Origin: Stylophora pistillata
Lineage: Eukaryota
Reading direction: 5' to 3'
Length of the DNA: 64,000 bases
NCBI RefSeq assembly: GCF_002571385.2
Contig: NW_019218362.1
Location: 62,382-126,381 of the forward strand
This document shows, in pieces, positions 48,500 through 60,400 of this stretch (its first letter is position 1; the number at the start of each line of letters is the position of its first letter). A program made the position numbers and the translations under genes. The notes beneath the pieces are model-generated. The model did no database searches and was not told where the DNA came from. It saw only the letters and a list, made by a program, of their open reading frames with translations.

Positions 48500-51400
48500 T
48501 CACTCTTGACTGTAACTCGATGATGTACTTCGCGGTGACACTGCAACAGATCAGAATGATGAACTAATGATACTGTTAAGCAGAAAAGTGTGCGTGCGAC
48601 TACATAACTGAAAATAACTGCTAACTGAAAGGGTGAGGAAAATCTTTTGCTTTTCAATATTGAATATAAAAAAATATTTAAAACAGAGTTCATGTCAGTG
48701 TTTTGTAGATTCACGGATGAGATTATGACACAGTAGCTTTGCAACATGAGTGTGGTCATTCATGCTTCTGTTCTCTGACTGGGTACACACTTCAAAATTG
48801 AGTTAAAACAATAGCTTACCCGTCCTTCTGTGATAAAACAGAATATATGCCTTAGCAAAGGATATGTTATCTGGCAATTCCTAGGAAATAAATCATGAAG
48901 CAGAAGTAATTATTACAAATTATTATGAAAAATCTGGATCGTTAGCTTTTGTCATTACAACTACTTCCTACAACTACTTCGGCATAAGGGTGAAAGCTAG
49001 GGGTACTTTTCACCGACATGAATCAGTTGACCGGTAATCTGAAGCAACACGCAAGTGTTCAAAGGAACAGTTAAGATTGACTTAAGTTACCTTGGTAACA
49101 CGACTATCGTCATATCGGTACCAGACTCCATTATTGCTGGTGTAGGCCGTGTAATGTCCACTGCTGTAACCTGTGGTTTAACATATCGAAGATGTTACCT
49201 TTATAATGCTCATCTGAGAATTGAGAAATAAAAGCTCGTGGCGAGTACAAATCCAAAAAACTATTGTAGAACTCTAGTGAAAAAAAGTTATTCCAACGTC
49301 TGGTATTCATGAATACTGCTATAGCTTGGGAGCTTGGGATTTACTCCGACCTTTCCAAATACTAACACTCGTAATTCCAATTTGACCCGTAGACAGATGA
49401 CGAAAAGCCACCCTTTGGAAGTGCCATTCTCAAAATCTAATTTTGTCTTACTGAAAATCCATCAAATCGATTTAAAAAATCAAATCAGTGATTCGAATGT
49501 TAACACAATGTTGCAGGAAGGTAACTTGAATCAAAGCTAGCAGAGACCAGGTTCCAGTGACTCAATTGACTCTGCTATTGTCTTAACGATCGTTAAGTTT
49601 TTATTTACTTACTCCCTTCGTGGCAGACACAGGCATTAAGATCGTAATTGAAGTCTTCTGCTCCATTTTCTTCTGCACTGTCGTGTTCTAGCTGAATGTA
49701 TTCACGCATGTCAAGGTCTTCAAGAGGAAACGTAACAGGTGCTGTTATCTTTACGCCGCTCTGACTGTACCTGGTATGGAAAAAATGCAAATTTTTTAGA
49801 TACTTGAGCTCTGACTCCAAACAGATTTGCGAAAAATTAGCAACCAGTGAAAAGTGAAATAGAAGTAATTCTACGCCTGAAATTGATTAAGTCTATTTAG
49901 CTTGATTAAGTTAATTAAGTTGATTAACTTGATTAAGTTCATTTGACTTCGATGCACGTAAAAACGCACTGATAAAACTTGTCAAGTTTTCTGTTCATCT
50001 CTCGCTGGCAACATCAAAATGTTTGCTTTCATTTTCTCAGAGGGAAGTCTCAAGGAGTTTATTCTCTAATAAAACAACGTACAAATATGTAACTGGATAT
50101 GCGTTCATGGCAGTATTACATGATGAGACGATATATTACTAACCTTTTAAGATGAATAATAAGGGTATCTGGAAGACGAACTAAACACAAACGCTTGGAA
50201 GCATTTCTCTCCTGGTGACACTTTTGACAATACCACGTGTCTGGTAGCTGCTCGCTTTCAACCAAAAGACAGCTGAGTTAAAGAGGAGGTGAGGTTTTGC
50301 CGGTTATAGGGCTAAGAAGGGCAAAGTGCTAACGGTGATAGATATTTTGCCTCCGCACCCATTTGAAAGTTACCCCAGGCTAAGAAGTGTGCTAGATAAC
50401 CAAAACGTGACAATTTTGCAAATTCAACTAGTAAACTAAAGGGAGTTAAGCCCATTGATGACGCATATTCTTACTGCGGAAGCTAGTCATTCATCCCGTG
50501 CACACAACAACGTAGTTAAACATGTGTCTCGGTTTTACTCTATTGCAAACAATTGATCCTTTTTATTGATAGTAAAATAACATGACTCGTCTACCTTTGT
50601 ACAAATGTCCTCAAGCAATCTTGAAGTTGTACAGGATCTTCTGTATTGCGAGTCTTCCATATAGAGTCGTGCTCGATACAGCGGGCCATCTTATGAAAAA
50701 TCATAGGCAAGGAGTTTAATTTCATCAGTTTTATGAGTAATGGTAGGTATTTTCTTTTAGCGCCGTTATTAAGAATTCAACCTGTAAGGCGGGTGTCCTC
50801 TGAAACCGAATTAGGTTAATTACGCGTGACTTTGGTAATAGGACTAAAATTTAATTTCTGGCTTTGCCGTCTGTTTTCATAGATTTAAGATATTTGCATT
50901 ACCAATGAACAAGATATTTTTCGCTGTTGGAGAAGTGAGTGATTATCAGAGTTTAGTTTTGACGTTTGCCGGCTGTCGTAAACGTCACACTCAAACCCAC
51001 CATTTATGAATCGGAAGTAACAAGCTGTATTTGAGGTAAGGGAGGAATAAAAGATAACTACGTAACAGTCCAATTTCTTTAAGGTTTTTTTTGTAGAAAT
51101 TTGAGCCTCAGCTCAGTAACGAACACTTAATATGATGTACCAGCATGTCGGTCAAAAGCATATTAATCCCATTTTGATATTCCAATTTTCCGACCACCAA
51201 TAATGCCAGTTTGACAAACTCTGGAAAGTACATCCCTTTCAGAGGAGTCACCTCTAACTTGTCTTCTCCTAGGTTTTTGAAATGAGTATCACTGCCATGT
51301 TAGCAGTTTTCTTCTTGCCCCATTCTAATTTTACTCCAGGAATCATGAATATCTTCATCGGCTACTCATAACTTCAATAAAATGACGAAATCTCTTACCC

Positions 51401-54400
51401 TCTCCGCCTCCCAGCGGCTGATGTTGCCCATTTGGACTGCTAAATTATCACATGGCTGCAGATTCAAGATCATGTCTCCATTGTTGACTTCGCAGCCTGT
51501 GCAGCCGGTGATTTTGGTACAACGGGAACAATTGACTCCCTACATCACGAGCAAAAATGGCGAGAACATTACACCACGAATCTTGCCAATTGTTGAATCC
51601 AAACAGAACGAATCATATTTTCAGTCTTAATTTGGGGCATCTTGAGATCCCCCTACAGAAAGATTGGGTTCACAGCTTCTTTTCGTGAAAATAACAAAAA
51701 CAATAAATCGGTTCAAAGAATGCGTGATGTTTGAGCACTTAAGCAGGCATTCTCATGTACAACAGAGCAACGTCGCTGCTCTTACTTGTTACCACGGCCT
51801 TTCTGCCTCCCAGCCGTGAAGAACTGTTTTATTTTTCTGAGCAAGAGATTTTCCCTACAGAGCCCATCTCAAACCAGAAATCTAAAAAGGTCACTAATGA
51901 GCTGTCAAGGAAATCTGAAAGGACTTGGAATGCTCGGGGTGAACAGCGATGGACTGGCGTTCTCGTAATAGGAGTGTTTAAAGCACTCCTAGTCGCCTGA
52001 TGCCAGGGAAACCAGAATAAGTTCTCTCTGGATGGGCCACTTGGCTTGAATGCAGACACCATCTTACTTACCTGTTGGTCAACTAGATGTAAAGTGAACG
52101 TGAGTGTAGCCACAGCGTCAGGTAACAGCTTTGATATGAACCAATATAAATCTTTGCCAAGAATATTTTTGGGAAGGACGACTAAACTGGGATGTCCAAA
52201 TAACCTTTTCGTCTACAAAAAGACCACAAAAAGTGCGATAATTAAATGTGAGGTGAACTATTAGATGCGACAGAAAAAAATATGACCAGTTCTTAGTGAA
52301 AGATGCTGGTGTGAGAAGTTTGGAAAAGCCACATTACACCTGGATTTGAGGGCATCTTAACAGCTGGGGTTAATTCTAAGTTTAATAGCTTTAGACTCTG
52401 CAAGACTTGTCTATGAGAAGTCTTACTTCTGAGTACTGACCTTAGAATCCTCCTCAAATCTTCGTAGAACTATTGGAACCATAATCATCCTGTTGGATAA
52501 TACAAGTAAAACCCCTTTTATCTAAGTATAAACCATTAGTTTGATTGCAACTGGATGATATTTACGAGAGTGACAATAATAAACTTCTCATCTGATTTGG
52601 GTCTGTAAAGCTTTCACTTGTTTCCATCATTTTGTGCGATGTTTTACACACGTGCTCAATTTTACATGTTCAAGTTACGTCCATACGTGTTATCAAAAAT
52701 TGAAAGTGACGTTTGTTGAAACTCTTGCCGACTTATTAACTCTTTCATTCCTAAAAGTGACGTGCATCTAATTTCTTCTTCCAGTATCACTGTTGAATCA
52801 CATATTAGTTCATGAGAATAAAGAAAATGATCGCCATCCAAAGACGCTCTTGACTGATAAATAAATTCTCCTAGTCACTGCCATCAAAAATGCGAAGACC
52901 AGTGTGGGGAATATGCAAACTGATGTCAGTGTGCAAAGAGTTAACCGACTTTATTTGAAAGACAGGCTGATTGTTCCCTTGGAATGCTTGATGAACAGGG
53001 TGTTGTACCAGAAATTTGCCGAAAGTGTCTTTACCATTAACCAGTTGAATGCCTTTTCAATCGTTTTGAAACTCTGCCGCTGTTTTTTCTGAAAAATTAG
53101 TGACAAAGAAGTCATGAAATGTGTAGACAGTACCTTGATTTCTGATTGGTAATGTGGGACTGTATGACTATTTCTGATTCGCACCGCTGTTGGAGACAAA
53201 TAGAATTTTCAGTTTTACTGGAGCAATTCAAGATAGGAGTGTGAAGGCAACTTGGTACGGCGTATTTTGGTATCTTCATCAACATGACGCTGAGAAAGTG
53301 GCAACAGTGTGCTATGAACGTAACCATAACCGAGAAATTTCATTGATAGTGGCGAAGAGTGACTCATAAGTAACTGTCTATCATAAAACAATTATTTCGC
53401 AGGATTAAAGTCAGATTAGGACCAAAAGTAACCTGAAAAATAAGTGGCTCTCACGCTTTTGCTGACATTTGATTTCGTAATACTTACTGGGCAGTACGAT
53501 TGGCACTGAAAAACTCCGCCAGCTGCATCCTGCATGTGAGCAAACAGAAAATTCTGGTTTGAATTCTCATTATAAATAGTAAATTTTGCAAGTGTCTTTT
53601 TCAACCAGAAGCAAAGTATTCCTTGACTTTAATAGCAAGAGTTCCGAACGATATAGGACGCATTGATGATATTGACAATATTAACGGGACTAGGTGCATG
53701 AATGACTTAACTACTTGTGGAAATGTTCTTGCAGTAAATGGCTTGAACCCGGGGGTAACATGTGAAGGTGTAGTCTGATCGTCCGGGTGAGTGTAGTCCT
53801 GAGAAGGACTGTTGTCGACAAAGGACAATCAGAAGGACAATCAGAAGGACAACCTGTGCGGAAGTCATCATCAGAGTCAAGTGAATAATTGTTGTCAGTA
53901 GAATGTTCTTATTCCAGTTCGTGTGAAATGATCGGTTGGTTTTGCCGTGATGTTATTGGCTGTAAGACTCAAGTGACGTAAGTCGGTCGTGATTGGTCTG
54001 TTTCGATCTGTCGGTAAAGTTAGGTCGTTCTTTTTCGGTCGTTTGTGATGTTTATGTCGTGAATAAACATCACAAACGACCGAAAAAGAACAAAGACCAA
54101 CCGAGGAACAGACAGGGAACGATTTATAAGATCAGTTGTTCCGACTGCCAAGCCTCCTACATCGGTGAGACTGGCAGAAACCTCACAACAAGACTGACTG
54201 AACACAGACGGGCGACGAGGAAAGGTGATGTCAGCAATCACATTGCTGAACACCATCGACTTACCAACCACAACATTGACTGGGACTCTGCGCAATGCCT
54301 AACCTACAGCACTGACTATTTTCAACGACTGACTCTGGAAAGCTGGTTTACTAACTTAGGACAGACTCCCCTAAACAGATGTCAACAACTACCCGCTCCA

Positions 54401-57400
54401 TACAAACGACTCATTCACGACATAAACATCACAAACGACCTAAAAAGAACGACCTAACTTTACCGTCAGATCGAAACAGACCAATCACGACCGACTTACG
54501 TCACTTGAGTATTACAGCCAATAACATCACGGCAAAACCAACCGATCATTTCACACGAACTGGAATAAGAACCTTCTACTGACGTTAATTTAGTTCATTA
54601 ACTTGGACTTACCATTCTTAGTTTACTGCAAATAGAAAAGTTTCTCATTCATTAGAGGGTCTATTCCTCCATTGCCATCCTTTGATTCAGGAATACAGTC
54701 ACGCATAATTGTCATTAGAAACTATGTAAAAGATGTTACTTACCTGAAGACATTGGCGGCAATACAATCTTCCGCATTTATCATGCGAAATAAGTTGGTC
54801 ATCAGCTTTTTCCTGCAGACAAATACAACAGGTGGCGCTCAAGCGATACACATTTGACAACGATACACGCGTTGTTGTTTGCGAAACTTGAGTCTTTGGA
54901 GTACTGGTGTTAGGACTTGCCAGTCTGTAGTGGTGGCGTCTGTTGATTGGAGATTTACCAGTTGTAGAAGATTCAGTGTGAAGCTGATCGAGTGCTGATA
55001 CGAATTCTCCTGAGGCGCTAGCAGCGCCAGGGGAGTAGTACATGGTTGAGTCATAAGCCTGAGTCGAGAATCGCCCCGAAGGAAACGGCAGTGATGTCGT
55101 TCTTGACTGATTGCAATTTTCAGGCAGCTGACCCTTGGGAAACGGCATAGATTCCCACCGCGAATAACTGGAACCTTCAAAATACAAAGACTCTGGAGCT
55201 TTTGAGGGGTTGAATATGTACAGCTTGCTTCGGCGATCAGTGAATAATGTCAGCTGCTTCTCATCGCTCTGCAATGAAACAAAACCGGTCCGTTTCACAT
55301 TGATTTAGTCATCCCAGGCTCTGACTGAATGCATTTCGATCATACGAAAGAAGGAATTTTATCCATCCTAAAATTCACTTTGATCAGATGCTAAATAGTT
55401 TTAATCTTAAGCGGTTCCCCAAGGGCTTTTGCTCTAATCTTGCGTACCGCTGCTAAAGAATATTTTCCCTATTACAATCATTGTTAATTTGCCAATATTA
55501 GAAATATGTTGATTTTTTAAATTGAATTGAAAAAGAAGTTTGCTCAGGGTAATAACCTTAAAGTTCGATTTTCAACAATTCATTTCTCAGAAGGAGTCGA
55601 TCAAAATTGCACAAACAGATCTCGAGTATTCTAAAACCTTAAAAACGCTTTCTGAAATAAATATCACAAAAGCACTAAATGTCAGTAAGGCGGTAAACCG
55701 AAAAAAAAAAATCGTTTTTCTGTACCATTATTGAAACGATCTGACTGTTTCGCACCACAGACACCCTGATGTCCTCCAACTCTGGTTGTGCATCTTCGGG
55801 TAGCAGGGAAACAAAATTGGTTTTAAGTTTTAATACAGTGCTTGGTTTTGTCACGTGTACTTTGTACCTGAGTGAGAGGAGAAAAAGAGGAAACGAAATC
55901 GTGGAATGAATAGAATGAAACTAGAGCAGAATAGAATCTTAGTTAAAACGGAAATATTAAGATATGGCTACACTGTTGGTCGGACGAAATGTGTGAGATC
56001 AGCTTTGATAGGGAGAATTTTTGTCATTAAGTCGCGAGGGAAAGATATGTCCCTTGACATGAAGTACTAGAGAATTACCTGACTGCCCGTATTTTCCCAT
56101 CACTTTCTCCTTTTAGATCACAGGTAACCCACGTAACAACTATATGTAAAATAAAAAAGGAAAGTTAGTTATCTTAATCGCCGTCTCGGTTAACTTTCGA
56201 CACTAACTTCATACAAATTCTACTTTAAAAGAAACATTACAATGGAGGCTAGGCTTATGGTATAATCAATTAAGGCTTACCAAATGTGTGGTATGATTCA
56301 CTTAGCAGTGGCACGGAGAGAAATGTAAATGGTTGGTATTTAGAAGATTTGTGACTGCAGCTGCAACAAGTGATCTGAGGATCAAACAAGATACGATTCT
56401 TCGTCTTCAACAATCCTGTGACTAATAATGCTTCAACAAAAGCATGTTTATTAGGAGTAGCCATGAAAGTCTTCTTGTGACTGACTTATTAAGCTGACAA
56501 AACAAGTAATTTCAAATTATAAGAGACGGAGCTTAAAGTACACTATTTCTCATATCACCTTAAGCGCAGTTGTCTTATACCATAGTAGACCAGTAGTTAG
56601 TTTTACCTCACTTTGCAGTTGTCCTTGAAAAGTATCAACGATAAGGGAGTCATTACTCCTGGTGTATTCTCTGTAAAATACCAATAGCAACATAGAGTAG
56701 CCATTAAGTATCTGATTATGATTTGATGTTATTAAATTGGGGAAATATCCAAGACCAAGTGAACTGGTGAGGAAAAAAACTGATGGTTTAAGCAGAAAGG
56801 AAAGATAGATTTTTTCATGTTCGCCTGTTACTAAAATGTCATGGCTAAGCTGAAGGTGGCCTTAATGTTTCCAAGGCTGAGACAGTATTTACCTCCATCT
56901 CTGCTCCGCACAGTCATTTTTAGTAAGCTGATCTGGTGATGAGTTATTGGAACTGTCGGCAGTAACACAGTTAAGTTCGTGATGAAGTCCATCGAGAAAC
57001 AGCGCCAGGAATTCGTGACAGTCATGCTTACCAAAAAGGAAACAAAAGAAGAGAAAGATGGTGACATAGATCCAAAGGTGATCTAGAAGAGAGGTTTAAC
57101 ATTCCCGTGTTCCAGACCCCTATGCGACGTCTCTACTAAAAACTGAAACTATGCACTGGGTACGCGTGACATTACAACAGGCAGACTATACACTTTGAAT
57201 CTAAAAGAAGCTTGAGGTGGATGTTTGTCAGATCTAAGAGCTTACATGGGGATCTCACACTCTTTACGTGAGTTTCTCTCAGTAGTAGGAAATCCCTCGT
57301 TCACTGACTTAACCCTAATCGCTGTCAAGAAGTTGTCAGATGCTTAGACTATCACACGCTAATTACTCCTGAACGGTGTGTGCTCTAACATGTAAAGAAA

Positions 57401-60400
57401 GACATAACTTCTTCATGCCAGCTGACCCAGTTGATTTCCATAGCTTGGGTTCTGATCAGCACCATTCAGAGGGGATTACACTTGAATAATGACATGAGCA
57501 TGAAGAAATCAAAGTAAACGAAAACGAGTTGAATCATGCTGTAGCAAGATGTGTTTGTGTCAGCTTACCTGTCTCTGTGGTGTAAGTTGATGACAGAAGT
57601 GTGTAGTGATTGCTGTGTACAGCTCTGTTGGGTCGCAGTCCGTATAACAACCACTCCAGACTTTCGTCACCAGCTCACCCAAGACTTTGCTCAATGATTG
57701 CTGCAACCAGATAGCATTTTTAAAAAATGTCGCTCGACTCTTTTTTCAGCTATTAGCATCAGATCATTTGATCAGTCCCTATCTTAAGTAAGTGCTCTGG
57801 AGAGAAATACATGATTACATGAGTGCGATTGTTATTACTAATAAATAAAAGATCCGGCTTTATGTTCACTATTTCTAAGTTGGGTGAAAAATTGTAACTA
57901 ACTTTCAAGTACAATTTATGTTTCTAGATCTTTACCTTTTAAACTCCATAAGTGTGAAGAGATTACTATGCAGTAACATTTCAGAAAAAGAGAGCTACTC
58001 ACGATCCTTTAACTGGTTCAAAAAAATTTATTCATCTGACCTTATCTGTAAACTATGTTGAAATGTGCTAACAAAATGGATGCCACTCAGAAGGAACAAG
58101 AAATTTTCCCTCGAATACCGGATCTACCTTCATCTTCTCTTCTTAAGAAAAAACAATGCATTCTGCGTAAATAACTTTGAGTAAGAGTTGCTTAAAGCAA
58201 GTCCTAACCTGACTTTTATCAGGTGTTCCCCTTGGAAAATTCTTGGGGTTCCTCTGAGACACAGTTTTGTGCCCACCACCTACTAAGAAAAAATTAAGAT
58301 TCATTATCTTTGGTTGAGATGACCTACATTTTGTGAAAGTTCTTAAACTTGTAAAAACTCAATAGCCATTACATGAGATGCTATGCATGACCTTGAAAGT
58401 TTGTGCATTTCTTTTTTCCCCATTGTTAAGAATTTGAATATCCTACCTAGAAAGAATCTGCAGAATGGCGTCACACTGAAGAGGCACTGTAAGCCTGCAT
58501 TCACAAAACACGTGTTGCCGAGATTCTGCAGTCCACACACGCCAGCCACAGGTTCCCGAAGCTCTGCAATATGCATTCATGGAACAATATATTTCAATTT
58601 GATTTGGTGCATTCATCATACTTCTGTGTTGATCAAAGTTGTTAAGTGCTCAATAGTCTCTACCTTTAGATTTATCGGGCGATCTTTCTGTAAGATTTTC
58701 CTCTGTGAGGGGAACGCAACGCATACTAAAAGAAAAAAGTGAAGATACGAAGTCAAGAAGAACAGACGACTTGAAAGGAACCTCCCCTTTGACCTTCGTT
58801 CTACAATACTGAAGATTGGTAACATTTGTAAATCATCGAAAGTGAGTAGAGTATTAATCAACGGTCACGATTTCTCCGGCGATCCTTTTTTTTTTGGGGG
58901 TTTGAAACAGAAGCTGTTACATTTCTTATATTTGGATGCCATGCAGAGGAAAGATAGTAGTAAGATATTTAAACTTATTTTTCATACCTAAAAAAAAACT
59001 CTAACACGATGTCCTAAATTAACTGACTCTTAATTTGGAGTCACCCAGAGGGCCACGAGTTTGTTAACTTTGACTGTTTAATTTAACTCTCTTTAATAAA
59101 GTTTTTATTATCACTATTATCATCAATATTATGATAATGATGGCAAAAGTGTTTGTTTCAGTTTAAGAAGTGACAGGTGAAATTGGGATTGCTACCAAGT
59201 ATTGCTTGATGTCATGATACCTCATTACATACTAAATGCAACGCTTTCGACTTGCACACTGCAAAATATCCCAACAGTAAACTGTTACAAAACAGTATGT
59301 GCGTGAACCTCTAGGCATGGAAAAACTCTAAAATTATGGGTCATCCTCGGTGTGAAAACCTGGCGAGGTTTTCTTTGCTTCATGAGGTATTATTTTGCTG
59401 TACGCCATAATGTTTTGTTGTCTTTGGTTTACGTCGCTCGTGAGCTTGACAGGTTTTTACACCGAGGATGAGCCAAAATTATGTCACATCCTGTGACTCA
59501 AAGCTTCGTTATGTACTACTAAAACCACAATTTGCCAAGCCTAGATTCCACCACGCCTACAGGTTAAATATGAAAAAGGTTCTCTATTCACAAAAAGTTC
59601 CTGTTTGCTCGGAAGGGAAATGATTAAACCTAATTCGACTGATAAGCCCGGAAACAGGATGTTACTGATGGCAAAAGCAACACAACATCTGGTTTTGTGC
59701 GAAAGAAAACTGGCAACTGAATGGTGCCTTCCTGTGCGACTGAGAAATGGTGCATGTGCCAAAATAGTATGTTAAGAAAATAACCTAAATTCCATGAGCG
59801 AAAAATAAAGTATCCATAAACTTAATCATGCTGCATTTTTGTTTTGAATGTACTTTCTATAGCATGGTATGAAACTTCATTCTGGGTTTTCGTGTGCTTT
59901 CATTTTTCATATTTGACCTTGTTCTTTATGTTTACTGAGAACACTCCTTGATGCCTGTCATATGGAAAAAAGTTTGTTAGCGTTAATTCCTGAACGGTTC
60001 TGAAAATAACATCCGAAACTTGATAAGTTTTGTTTTTTTCATTTTCGTCTTTCGTTTTGCCGAGATAAAGCTAAATTTGCAAGAGCCTTTACTTCTCGTT
60101 AAAGTTAAACTCAATGGATTCGATTTATAGAGGTTTTGCATGGGAGCCATGTTGCATGGCAGGAACAATGAAACTATTTTGCATAAGAAAGAAGATTTTT
60201 TCCCATGGGAAAAATAATCTATTGTTCCTTCCATGCAACATGGCTGCTGTGCAAAACCTCTATTATTACAAGATTTTTCGTTTGGATAGGGTTTAAGTAT
60301 AAATATCTATGTAGGTATCTATTCACTGAAAACCAAATTAACGCTAATCGCAAGTTTGACTAACAAGACATCGCAATGATTACATGTAGACAAGTATCAA

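Noticed and set aside
52951-53090. Additional USP exon
   Set aside because: The phase-compatible frame contains a stop, and the flanking exons (ending 53134 and starting ~52490) join in frame without it.
40863-54457. GIY-YIG at 54.1-54.4 kb as the missing ANKLE1 nuclease domain
   Set aside because: It is on the opposite strand, upstream of the ankyrin exons, and clearly Penelope-type with tail and inverted repeat.
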